DNA of 49,125 nt from Gemmatimonadota bacterium (GTDB lineage Bacteria; Gemmatimonadota; Gemmatimonadetes; JACCXV01; JAHWKZ01), in contig DATFFS010000033.1 of the NCBI GenBank assembly GCA_035249945.1, forward strand, positions 1-49,125. The letters are read 5' to 3'. Positions 8,397-17,402 of this stretch are shown here, in pieces. The notes beneath the pieces are model-generated. The model was not told the DNA's origin. It worked only from the letters and a program-made list of their open reading frames with translations, and did not search any database. The translations under genes and the position numbers were made by a program. How positions within the stretch are numbered: the first letter of the stretch is position 1; every line of letters begins with the position of its first letter.

Positions 8397-10355
8397 GTGA
8401 CCGAACCTTCGGCTCGCCTTTCCCATCGCCTGTCCGTCGTCTGGTTCACCGACCTCGTGGGCTACAGCAGCCTGGCGGCGCGGGATCAGGACGAAGCCGT
8501 GGCCCTCGTCCAGCGGTTCCAGGCCATCGTCGAGGCGACAGTGCTGCGCGCGGAGGGGCGCGTCGTCAAGTTCATCGGCGACGCCGCGCTCTTGGAGTCG
8601 CCGAGTGCCGAGTCCGCGCTGATCGCTGCGACTGCGCTCCACCGGGAGATGAGCGAGCGTCTACGGACCGGCATCCACCTGGGGGATGTCGCGGTCGCGT
8701 CGGACGGCGACCTCTACGGCGACGGTGTCAATGGCGCCCAGCGGATCCAGACCGAGGCCCAACCCGGACAGATCGTGGTCAGCGAAGACGTCTGGCGGCG
8801 GTTTCGGAACCGGCCCGCCTTCGTCTTCGAGTCCCTCGGCGAGCGGCATCTCAAGGGAATCGAGCCGATGGAGCTCTTCCGGGTCGTAGGGATCGAGGAA
8901 CGGCACGAGTCCGCCGCGTCAGCCACCGCGGTACGGTCGGGATCGAGCGTGGCCGAAGCCTCGCGGGGCGCTTCGCGCTCGGTCGCCGTCCTTCCCTTCA
9001 TGAACATGAGCCCGCAGGCGGACAACGAATACTTTTCGGATGGAGTCACCGAGGAGATCCTGACGCTTCTGACCCGCATCGAGGGCCTCAAAGTGATCAG
9101 CCGCACCTCGGTCATGCAGTACAAGGGCACCGTCAAGCCGATGCGCCAAATCGGTGAGGAGCTGGGCGTCACGACGATACTCGAAGGGAGCGTTCGACAC
9201 GCCGGCCAGCGCGTCCGGATCACGGCCCAGCTAATCGACGCCGCTAGCGACGAGCACGTGTGGGCTGACCGCTACGACCGCGATCTCGAGGACATCTTCC
9301 AGATCCAGTCCGACGTCGCGGAGCGCATCGTAGAGGCGCTACGAGTACGGCTGACCAATCGGGAACGCGCGCGGCTCACCGAGCGCCCCACCGAGAGCGT
9401 GGAAGCCTACGAGGCGTACCTGAAGGGGCGGCACTTCCTGAGCCGGCGGACGGTGGCGGCAATCGCACAAGCGATCGAGCGCTTCCGGGAGGCGGTGACC
9501 ACCGACTCCGGGTTCGCCCAGGCGTGGATCGGTCTGGCCGACGGCCTAATCCTGCGGGTCATATACACCGAAGCTCCGGTGAACGAGGTGATCGAGGAGG
9601 CCCGTTCCGCGGCCGAGAAGGCGCTGGCGCTCGATTCCCGTTTGGGCGAGGCCCATGTCTCGCTGGGCTTGATCGCCCAAGTGGAAGGGAAATGGGAGGA
9701 GGCCGACCGCCGGTACCGCGGCGGAATCGACCTCAGCCCGGGCTACGCCACGGGCTACCACTGGTACGGAACCTTCCTGATGAGCAGGGGCCGGCTCGAA
9801 GAAGCTATTGCGATGATGGGGCGGGCCCTGGAGCTGGATCCACTCTCACTCCCGGTCCACACAGGTCTGGGCCTCGCGCACGTATACGCCGGACGCGTGG
9901 ACGAGGGGATCGGGATCTACCGCAGGATTCTCGAGCTCGATCCGAGCTATGCCGGGGCCCACAACAACATCGCTCAGGCCTATCTGAGTCAGACGCGATT
10001 CGAAGAGGCGCTGGCGTCGCTGGATGCCTTGAGCCGACTGGTCCCGGATCGCCAACCTCCGGAGGTCGTCGAGGAGTTGCGCGCGGGCCATGCGAGGGCG
10101 GGTGGGCCGGGATACTGGGAGGCCATGCTCGAAGAGGTTGCCCCGCGAATCGACGATCTGGGCCTGGATGCCCACGGTGACATGGCTCAGGCCTGCGCAC
10201 AGCTCGGGCGGCCCGACGAGGCGTTCGACCACTTGAAGCGAGTGGTCGAGGGCCATCTTCCCCAGGCGTGGCAGATCGTGATGGATCCATTGCTCGAGCC
10301 CCTGCGCTCCGATCCCCGCTTCGAAGAGATCAAGCGGAGTTTCGGCCTCGCCTGA
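8397..10355 (+). CDS. adenylate/guanylate cyclase domain - TolB-like - TPR repeat protein
   Basis: GTG start. The N-terminal class III cyclase core (VVWFTDLVGYSSL...KFIGDAALL...GIHLGDV...GDGVNGAQRIQ) is followed by VAVLPFMNMSPQADNEYFSDGVTEEIL (TolB-like module) and a C-terminal TPR region. Confidence 0.8.
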   Translation: MTEPSARLSHRLSVVWFTDLVGYSSLAARDQDEAVALVQRFQAIVEATVLRAEGRVVKFIGDAALLESPSAESALIAATALHREMSERLRTGIHLGDVAVASDGDLYGDGVNGAQRIQTEAQPGQIVVSEDVWRRFRNRPAFVFESLGERHLKGIEPMELFRVVGIEERHESAASATAVRSGSSVAEASRGASRSVAVLPFMNMSPQADNEYFSDGVTEEILTLLTRIEGLKVISRTSVMQYKGTVKPMRQIGEELGVTTILEGSVRHAGQRVRITAQLIDAASDEHVWADRYDRDLEDIFQIQSDVAERIVEALRVRLTNRERARLTERPTESVEAYEAYLKGRHFLSRRTVAAIAQAIERFREAVTTDSGFAQAWIGLADGLILRVIYTEAPVNEVIEEARSAAEKALALDSRLGEAHVSLGLIAQVEGKWEEADRRYRGGIDLSPGYATGYHWYGTFLMSRGRLEEAIAMMGRALELDPLSLPVHTGLGLAHVYAGRVDEGIGIYRRILELDPSYAGAHNNIAQAYLSQTRFEEALASLDALSRLVPDRQPPEVVEELRAGHARAGGPGYWEAMLEEVAPRIDDLGLDAHGDMAQACAQLGRPDEAFDHLKRVVEGHLPQAWQIVMDPLLEPLRSDPRFEEIKRSFGLA

Positions 10356-10368
10356 CGGGCCTCAAGGA

Positions 10369-11655
10369 CTATCGATCGATGCGCTCGAGGACGCGCCATG
10401 AACCCGCCGTCAAGGCGATGACCTTTCCCGCCTCGTCCTCCGCGAAGCCGATGTGCGCTCGCCCATCGAGGCTCGCGAAATAGAGCGGACTCACCTCGAC
10501 CCATCGCTCGTCCCAGACAGTGATCGTGCCGTCGTCGTTCGCTTCGACCTCGAAATCCTGCACGTTGGGTCCGCCGTCCGGGCAGGAGTGACAGAAGATG
10601 CTGGCCCTGTAGGTGCCGGCAAATCGCAGGTTGCGGTCTGCAGACCTAGGGTTCGGGGCCGGAATTTCAATCGGCCGCGAATCCGGGAAGTAGCGGTCGA
10701 GGATGGCCCGCCTGACATCGAAACGGAGGTTGCTCCCTTCGAGATGATGGACAACGAAGAAGCCCACGCCCTCGTCCGGCAGCAACGTCATGAGCGTGCT
10801 GAAGCCGCCGATGTCGCCTCCGTGCTCGAGGATGCGGCGTCCATTGAGGTCGTTCTCCTGGAACCCCAGGGTCCAGCCGGGCATCAAGGGGTGCATGGTC
10901 GCCTGCCGGCGGTGCATCAGCTCCATGGCGCTCTCGCTCAGGATATGAGCCTCGCCGTACCGCCCGCCCTGGAGATGCGCGATCATGAACCGACCCATGT
11001 CCTCTGCCGTGCTGACGATCGATGCGGCGGGCGGCGTCTGGTAGATCTCGTAGGGAATGGGCACGAGTTCGACTTCATCCGACTCGTAGGCCGTCGCGAG
11101 ATCGACGCCATTGCCAGTCGGCAGCGTGATCGACGTCCGGGTCATCCCCAGCGGCCCCCAGACGTGGCGTTCGAGGAATTCCTCGAACGGCATCCCGGAC
11201 ACGTCCTCGATCAATAGCCCCGCCAAGGCCATGCCATAACTCGAGTAGCTCGTCACCTCTCCGGGAGGGTGCACCTGAATCAGCCGGTCCGCGAGAAACT
11301 GACCGAGGGGCATGAGCTCAGCGACCGTCCCGACCCGCCGTCCGGGGAGCTCGTCGAAGCCGGCCGTATGGGACAGAAGGTGCCTGGTGGTGACAGGCTG
11401 CGGATAGGTTGGCGGGACGCGCGCCGCCGTGAGGTAGCGATTTAGGTCCGCGTCGAGATCGATCTGTTCACGGTCGACGAGCTGCATGACGCCCGTCGCC
11501 GTGAAGACCTTGCTGATCGAGGCGATCGGGAAGATCGTCTTCTCCGGATTTACGGCCGGGCCGTCGATCCGGCCATGTCCATATCCGCGCGACAAGACAA
11601 CGCGCCCGTTCTGGACGAGAATGAATGCGGCGCCTGGGATCTTCTCCCGCGCCAT
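10369..11655 (-). CDS. serine hydrolase, beta-lactamase family (true start probably upstream at a non-canonical codon, see findings)
   Basis: 428 aa from ATG 11655, with the S-x-x-K motif IASISKVFT. The frame stays open upstream to 11877 and encodes a signal peptide but contains no ATG/GTG/TTG. Confidence 0.8.
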   Translation of the reverse strand: MAREKIPGAAFILVQNGRVVLSRGYGHGRIDGPAVNPEKTIFPIASISKVFTATGVMQLVDREQIDLDADLNRYLTAARVPPTYPQPVTTRHLLSHTAGFDELPGRRVGTVAELMPLGQFLADRLIQVHPPGEVTSYSSYGMALAGLLIEDVSGMPFEEFLERHVWGPLGMTRTSITLPTGNGVDLATAYESDEVELVPIPYEIYQTPPAASIVSTAEDMGRFMIAHLQGGRYGEAHILSESAMELMHRRQATMHPLMPGWTLGFQENDLNGRRILEHGGDIGGFSTLMTLLPDEGVGFFVVHHLEGSNLRFDVRRAILDRYFPDSRPIEIPAPNPRSADRNLRFAGTYRASIFCHSCPDGGPNVQDFEVEANDDGTITVWDERWVEVSPLYFASLDGRAHIGFAEDEAGKVIALTAGSWRVLERIDR

Positions 11656-11988
11656 CCCGGCATCAAATTCGGCGTCTACCAGTGCGCCTAGGCCCGCGAA
11701 ATCGGTCTCCGCGACCCCTTGCGCGGCCTGCTCGGGTTGGGACTCCGCGCACGCCGGAGCGGGTGCGAGGGAGAGGACCCCGAATAGAGTCGTGAGAGCG
11801 ATGCGAAGCAGGGAGCACCTCAGGGGAGAGGGTGAACCACTGGGGACGGACGCAACCTGAACACCTGCGCGCCTTGATCAACGAGCACGGGACTAAGCGA
11901 GGCCGGACAGGGATGGACGCGCGCGTGGCAGGGGCAATTCCTCAACGGCGATACGCTCGGCGTTCGGCCGGCGAGGCGGCGGAACAGT

Positions 11989-12393
11989 TTAGCCGCTGTA
12001 CGTCGCATGCGAGGTGGGGGTCTCCCAGAGCTTGACCGAGGTCACCGGGTATCCCGCCTCTCTGACGTGATCGTAGATCGCTCGCGCGATGTTTTCCGCG
12101 GTCGGGTTGTCGCCCAGCGCCAGGTATGGCTCGCCTTGCTCTGCCAGCCACGCCACCAGTGGGTCGTCCTTCCTGAGGATCATCTGATGGTCCATCGTGG
12201 CGTCGAGCCACGCCTTCACGTCGCGCTTCACGTCGCCGAAGTCGAAGACCATGCCGCGATGGTCGAGCGCGTCGGACTCCAGCGCGATCTCGACCAGGCC
12301 GTTGTGGCCGTGCGGGTGCGCGCACGCGCCCTCGTAGTCCAGCAGCCGATGGCCGTAGCAGAAGTGGATCTGGACCGTCACGCGGTACGTCAT
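11989..12393 (-). CDS. queD: 6-carboxytetrahydropterin / 6-pyruvoyl-tetrahydropterin synthase family
   Basis: 134 aa. FCYGHRLLDYEGACAHPHGHN and GMVFDFGDVK are the His/Cys zinc and catalytic motifs of PTPS/QueD. Confidence 0.8.
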   Translation of the reverse strand: MTYRVTVQIHFCYGHRLLDYEGACAHPHGHNGLVEIALESDALDHRGMVFDFGDVKRDVKAWLDATMDHQMILRKDDPLVAWLAEQGEPYLALGDNPTAENIARAIYDHVREAGYPVTSVKLWETPTSHATYSG

Positions 12394-12433
12394 CGGCCTG
12401 CCTCCATCGCTGTCGGTTCGCTCCGGGCTGCCA

Positions 12434-13168
12434 TCAGGCGATCAGCCTTCCGCCATCGACGACCAGCACGTGCCCCGTCACGAAGTCCGTCATCGCGACC
12501 AGGTAGACAACGCTCTTGGCGACGTCGTCGGGGCTCCCCAGATGCTCCAGCAGCGTGGCCTTGCGGATCCGCTCCGTGGCGGCTGCGCCGAAATCCTCCG
12601 GCAGCATGACCGGCCCGGGCGCGATCGCGTTGACGGCGATTTCCGGCGCGAGCTCCAGCGCCAGGGCCTTCGTCATCGTGATGATGCCACCCTTGGAGAT
12701 CACGTACGGCAGGTAGTTCTTGTAGGGACGCAGCCCCGCCCAGTCGGCGATGTTCACGATCTTGCCGCCGCCTCCCCGCCGCATGAGCGGAACGGCGTGC
12801 CAGGCGGTGAAGAAGGGCGCCTTGAGGTTGACGTCAAGCGTGTAGTCCCACGTCGCCTCGTCGATCTCGTCCCACGGCGTCCGCGGGAAGATCGCGGCCG
12901 AGTTGATCAGCACGTCGAGGCGCCCCCAGCGTGCGTCGATCCCGTCGAAGAGCCCACGCACCTCGAGGAGCTGCGACAGATCGGCCTGGAACGGCTCGGC
13001 TTCGACGCCCATGGCGCGTATCTCGGCCACGGTCTCGTCGGCCGGACCGGCGCTCGCGTGGTAGTGGACCGCGACGTGCATGCCCGTCCCGGCGAGCGCG
13101 AGAGCGATCCGCTTGCCGACCCGCACGCCGGACCCGGTGACTAGCGCGACCTTGCCTGTTGTCTCCAT
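12434..13168 (-). CDS. short-chain dehydrogenase/reductase, pteridine-reductase (PTR1/FolM)-like
   Basis: KVALVTGSGVRVGKRIALALAGTGMHVAVHYHASAG resembles the PTR1/FolM N-terminus. Catalytic Y-x-x-x-K is present (YLPYVISK). 244 aa. Confidence 0.75.
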   Translation of the reverse strand: METTGKVALVTGSGVRVGKRIALALAGTGMHVAVHYHASAGPADETVAEIRAMGVEAEPFQADLSQLLEVRGLFDGIDARWGRLDVLINSAAIFPRTPWDEIDEATWDYTLDVNLKAPFFTAWHAVPLMRRGGGGKIVNIADWAGLRPYKNYLPYVISKGGIITMTKALALELAPEIAVNAIAPGPVMLPEDFGAAATERIRKATLLEHLGSPDDVAKSVVYLVAMTDFVTGHVLVVDGGRLIA

Positions 13169-13191
13169 GGGGCCCGCGTTAGGTTGGCGTC

Positions 13192-13875
13192 ATGATCGAG
13201 GGTCGGAAACGCTGCGTGCTCGCGTCCGGCGGGCTCGACAGCGCGGTGGCGCTCGCCGAGGCCGCGCACGAGGGCCCGGTCGCGCCGGTGTACGTCCGCT
13301 CAGGCCTGGTCTGGGAGTCGGCGGAAATCTATTGGCTGGAGAGGTTCCTGCAAACGATCGGCGCGCCGCCGCTGGTAGTGCTCAACCTTCCGGTGGCCGA
13401 TCTCTATGGCGCGCACTGGAGTCTGACCGGAGACGATCCGCCCGGCGCCGACTCTCCCGACGAAGCCGTCTACCTGCCGGGCCGCAACCTCCTGCTCCTG
13501 TCGAAGGCGGGCGTGTGGGCGGTGGCGAATGGCTGCGCGTCGATCGTCATGGGCCCGCTCGCCGCCAATCCCTTCCCCGACGGCACGCGCGCGTTCTTCG
13601 ACTCGATGGGCGGCGCGATCGGGCTCGCGATGGGGCTCGAAGATCCCCTTCCGGTCGAAACCCCGCTGTCGGGACTATCGAAGACGGAGGTCGTGCGCCG
13701 CGCGGCGGGGCTTCCGATCGAGCTCACGTTCAGCTGCCTGAGCCCCACTCCGGACCATCGCCACTGCGGGGAGTGCAACAAATGCGCGGAGCGACGGCGA
13801 GGATTCGCCGATGCCGGCGTCGACGACCCGACCACGTACGCTTACGGTTCGCGCTCCGGAGCCGGCTCGACGTAG
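13192..13875 (+). CDS. queC: 7-cyano-7-deazaguanine synthase-like (QueC/ExsB family, divergent)
   Basis: PP-loop CVLASGGLDSAV, YLPGRNLLLL, and the C-terminal Cys cluster FSCLSPTPDHRHCGECNKCAERRRGF are typical of QueC. Confidence 0.7.
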   Translation: MIEGRKRCVLASGGLDSAVALAEAAHEGPVAPVYVRSGLVWESAEIYWLERFLQTIGAPPLVVLNLPVADLYGAHWSLTGDDPPGADSPDEAVYLPGRNLLLLSKAGVWAVANGCASIVMGPLAANPFPDGTRAFFDSMGGAIGLAMGLEDPLPVETPLSGLSKTEVVRRAAGLPIELTFSCLSPTPDHRHCGECNKCAERRRGFADAGVDDPTTYAYGSRSGAGST

Positions 13876-14465
13876 AGCTCGAACTCCGTCCCCTCCCGCT
13901 CCGCGCAGCCGCCATCGAGCCGCGTCAGCGTGGTGGGGCCGGCGATCGACTGGCTCCAGATCGAGCGGATGCCGCCTCCTCGATCGAGGACGATCCGGAG
14001 CCCCGCATCCATGCACGCCTCGCACCAGCGGTAGACGACGGTCTCCGCCTCCCGCCAGTCGGGGCCGGCCACCGACCAGCCTCCGTCCGCCGGCAGCAGC
14101 GTCTCCACCGTGGGTCGCGGCCCCGGCGTCCGATCGATGAGAAATCCAAGCGTTCCGTCGAGGGGAAGGAAGATGCGGCTGTCGGAGGCCAACCCGGGCC
14201 ACGCCAAGCCCTCGAGCGGAGCGACCGGGCGCCCGCCGATCCGGCGCGGCTCTCCGACCTCCACGCACATCCGGCCGCCGTCGGCGGTCTCGAACGCCAT
14301 CGAGTCGCCGGCCTCGAGCCCCATCCACGCGAGGAGGCTCGGCGTAGCGGTGGCATCCTGGCCGGGAGCAGGGGATGCCGAGCATGCGAGGAGCGTGGCG
14401 GCGACGACGAGTGGCGCGCGAATGCCCAGCCTTGTCGCGGTCACGTGAAGGCCAGAATCTCTCAT
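13842..14465 (-). CDS. hypothetical lipoprotein
   Basis: 207 aa. Signal peptide plus lipobox (APLVVAATLLACSAS). No recognised domain. Its 3' end overlaps the queC 3' end by 34 nt (convergent). Confidence 0.5.
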   Translation of the reverse strand: MRDSGLHVTATRLGIRAPLVVAATLLACSASPAPGQDATATPSLLAWMGLEAGDSMAFETADGGRMCVEVGEPRRIGGRPVAPLEGLAWPGLASDSRIFLPLDGTLGFLIDRTPGPRPTVETLLPADGGWSVAGPDWREAETVVYRWCEACMDAGLRIVLDRGGGIRSIWSQSIAGPTTLTRLDGGCAEREGTEFELYVEPAPEREP

Positions 14466-14533
14466 CGACGCTCCTACCCCGCGCGCACGGTTCTGCTCCC
14501 CGGCACAGCAGGAGGCCTCGCAACCCGCCCGGC

Positions 14534-15679
14534 TTAGAGCGCGAGCTGCGCCTGGATCCGCGCGGCCGACTCCCGATCCCGCTCATCGCTCTCGGGCGAG
14601 AGCACGTCCACGTTGGCCTGCAGCTTGAACGCCCTGCCGAAGTAGAGGTTCACCAGCGGGGTCCACAGCAGAAACGCGTCGTCCTCGGTGTCCGTGTCGG
14701 GATCGAATCGATCGATTCTTCCGCCCAGACCGATCCCCGTCAGCGCTCCCCTGCCCCGGAACACATACTCGCCCCAGACCTGCAGGCCCAGGAAGCTCGC
14801 GAAGCCGACGTCGTCCCCATCGACGCGCGGCGCCAACGGGTTGTCGCCCGCGACGACGTTGCCCGCGAAGTGGATGCCGGGCGCGGCGTATCTGCCTACC
14901 TCGATCCACCCCTCGAACGCGGTCGCGTACGCCGCATCCTTCGAGATCGCGCTGTCTCCCCCGGCAACGACGAGAGTATCGCGCGGCGATCCGAAGTACC
15001 CGTTCGTCACGACCGCCGCGGCGAGGACGAGCGGGAGCCGCTGTTCGGCGCCGGCCCATGGCTCGAGCTCGAGCCGGGCGGCCAGCTGCTTGCCGTCGTT
15101 GGTCTCCCCGCGCTCTCCCGACCCCACCCAGGCGCCGGCCAGAAGCCGCGCGCGGCCACTGGCAAACCGGGTCCGCGCCATCACGCCGCGCCCGCGGGCG
15201 CTCAACGCGGCAGCGGCGAGCATGCCGGAGGTGGACGTAGAGCTCCCCTGCGTCCCGCGTACTCGCGCACCGGTCTCGATCGCGATCAGGCGATTGGACG
15301 ATTCCATCTCGATCCCGTTGAAGGGCAGCTTGAACTGGCCCGCGCGTACCGAGAGCACGTCGTTCACCCGGCCTTCGAGGAATGCGTCGCGGAATCGGGC
15401 GCGATCGGTCTCGAAATCCATCTGGATACGGCCCGACCAGCGATCCGCGGCCCTGCCGTCCATGGTGACGCGCGCGAGGCGCAGCTCCAGATCCGATCCC
15501 ACGACCGAATCGACCGACGTGGTCGAGGACTGGACTTGCGACAGGACCTCCAGCTCGAGCGCCACGCCCTCCGCGGCGGTGACGTCGCGCCCGTTCTCCT
15601 GGGCCTGGAGGGCCCGAGGCGCCGCGCAGGCCAGCGTCAGCAACGTGACGACGATCCAGTGTGTGCTCAGGCTATTCAC
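14534..15679 (-). CDS. putative outer-membrane porin (OprO/P-like beta-barrel)
   Basis: GTG start and a signal peptide (HWIVVTLLTLACAAPRALQAQ). The rest has the alternating amphipathic pattern of a beta-barrel and loose resemblance to phosphate-selective porins. Confidence 0.5.
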   Translation of the reverse strand: MNSLSTHWIVVTLLTLACAAPRALQAQENGRDVTAAEGVALELEVLSQVQSSTTSVDSVVGSDLELRLARVTMDGRAADRWSGRIQMDFETDRARFRDAFLEGRVNDVLSVRAGQFKLPFNGIEMESSNRLIAIETGARVRGTQGSSTSTSGMLAAAALSARGRGVMARTRFASGRARLLAGAWVGSGERGETNDGKQLAARLELEPWAGAEQRLPLVLAAAVVTNGYFGSPRDTLVVAGGDSAISKDAAYATAFEGWIEVGRYAAPGIHFAGNVVAGDNPLAPRVDGDDVGFASFLGLQVWGEYVFRGRGALTGIGLGGRIDRFDPDTDTEDDAFLLWTPLVNLYFGRAFKLQANVDVLSPESDERDRESAARIQAQLAL

Positions 15680-15787
15680 AAGGGGCCTGTACGATCGTAG
15701 CGGGATGGGGACGTCTGGACTGTCGGGAAGAAACCGCTGCGTCGGGCGGGAAAATTCCCTACACGACGCCGCCCGGCACCGACGTGG

Positions 15788-16654
15788 TCAGATCTCCGGC
15801 GCCGGTCCGAACAGATGGTCCGGGTTGTCCTGAAGGAGCTTGCGCTTGACGTCCTCGGCCAGATCCAGCGCCAGGAAGTCGTCGAGATTCGTCCGCATGC
15901 TGGGAACCATGGGGCCCGGCCAGTCGGTCCCCCAGAGGAGCTTGTCGGCGACGTCGGCGAGCCGCGGGAAGTAGCGCAGGAGGCCCTTCGGCGGGATGCC
16001 GGAGACGTCGCCCCAGAAGTTGGGGTGGCGCCTCAGCAGGAAGAACGACGCGTCGGGCCACAGCGGTCGCCCGAGGTGCGCCAGGATCACGACCAGGCCC
16101 GGGAAGTCGACGCCGACGTCGTCGAGCGGGAGGGGATCCGCGTACACGTTCCGCGCGCCGGGAAAAATCGATGTCCCGGTGTGCACCATGACCGGCATGC
16201 CGAGCTCCTCGGCGCGGCCGTACATGTCGGCTAGCGCCAGCAGCCCGTTCCGGTAGGCGTTGGCAGCCACATCCTGGTGCGGCGGATGGAACTTGATCGC
16301 GCGCACGCCCAGGTCGCGCAGCCGCTCGACGTCGTCGGAGAGGTTCCCGTCCCCGGTCGGGTCGACGCCGCCGAAGGGGATCAGCCGGTCGGGTGCGGCA
16401 CGCGCGAGTCCGGCCACGTAGGGGTTCACCTCGCCGGTGAACCCCATGAGCCCGGGGCTCACGTAGTTGATCACGCCGATCCGCGCAATGCCGGCCGCAT
16501 CCATCACGTCCAGCACGCTGGCCGGATCGCGCATCATCCGCTCGAGCTCGGCGAAATCGGAGCGCCCCTTCGCCATCCGCGCGCGGACGTCGGGCTTCAT
16601 CATGTCCCACGGCTGGACGTGGACGTGAGCGTCCGTGATGCGGAGCCGGTCCAA
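15788..16654 (-). CDS. amidohydrolase-2 family metal-dependent hydrolase
   Basis: ORF-track 15788..16729 trimmed to the TTG at 16654, one nt after the upstream gene's stop, giving MDRLRITDAHVHVQPWD (H-x-H metal motif). The longer form would overlap the Yip1 gene with a low-complexity extension. Confidence 0.7.
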   Translation of the reverse strand: MDRLRITDAHVHVQPWDMMKPDVRARMAKGRSDFAELERMMRDPASVLDVMDAAGIARIGVINYVSPGLMGFTGEVNPYVAGLARAAPDRLIPFGGVDPTGDGNLSDDVERLRDLGVRAIKFHPPHQDVAANAYRNGLLALADMYGRAEELGMPVMVHTGTSIFPGARNVYADPLPLDDVGVDFPGLVVILAHLGRPLWPDASFFLLRRHPNFWGDVSGIPPKGLLRYFPRLADVADKLLWGTDWPGPMVPSMRTNLDDFLALDLAEDVKRKLLQDNPDHLFGPAPEI

Positions 16655-16655
16655 C

Positions 16656-17381
16656 TCAGCCGCCAGGGCTGAACGCGAGGAAGAGCCCCGTGACGAGCCA
16701 CATGGCGACGGCGAAACCCCAGGCCGCACCCTTGCTCATCCTGAGCGCGTGGACACCGGCGATCGCCAGCACGATCGCGCCCCAGATGGCGAAGAAGTTG
16801 ATGTTCGCCAGCAGTCCCCAGAGCAGGGCCGGCATGTCGCCCCGCTCCATGAACAGCGCCAGCCCGAAGGTCGGGGGTCCGCCTTCGCGCGCTACCTGCT
16901 CCGCGCCCTTCAGCGCCACGACGATCGCTTGGGCGATGGCCTGGAGGATCTGGATGACCCCGGTGTAGACCATGGCCGTATACGCGACCTTGTACGTCGG
17001 CTCGCGTGCGCCCGAGATCGCCGCCCATCCCCAGAACAGCAGCGCGAAGAGCGCCGAGAAGACGGCCACCAGGATCGGGCCGGCGATGAGGCCTACGTAC
17101 TTGAAGCTCTCCATCGTCTGGAGCGCCTGCTCCCGCTGCTCGGCCGGCATGTCGCGGGCCATCACCCCCACGCGCTGCATCTCAATGTAGAGGCCCATCA
17201 TCAAGAACGACGTCACCAGCGTGAGCGCCATGATGACGAGCAGGGGAGTCAGCCAGCGCGGGTGCGCGCGGACGTCCTCGAACGTCGCGCTCGGCGCGAG
17301 CACGACGTCGCGCATGTTCTCCCACACGGAACGTCCCGTCGTGGTCGTTCCCGCCCCGCTCACCGGTGTCTGCTCTTCCAT
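16656..17381 (-). CDS. Yip1-domain integral membrane protein
   Basis: 241 aa with five predicted TM segments after a hydrophilic N-terminus. The topology and sequence are Yip1/DUF1282-like. Confidence 0.65.
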   Translation of the reverse strand: MEEQTPVSGAGTTTTGRSVWENMRDVVLAPSATFEDVRAHPRWLTPLLVIMALTLVTSFLMMGLYIEMQRVGVMARDMPAEQREQALQTMESFKYVGLIAGPILVAVFSALFALLFWGWAAISGAREPTYKVAYTAMVYTGVIQILQAIAQAIVVALKGAEQVAREGGPPTFGLALFMERGDMPALLWGLLANINFFAIWGAIVLAIAGVHALRMSKGAAWGFAVAMWLVTGLFLAFSPGG

Positions 17382-17402
17382 TGCGTCCTCCGTGCTAGGG
17401 GT

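Noticed and set aside
13842-13875. A 34-nt convergent overlap between the 3' ends of queC and the lipoprotein gene.
   Set aside because: Such overlaps are common in compact GC-rich genomes. It could alternatively mean the lipoprotein ORF is slightly mis-called. No special signal was seen.
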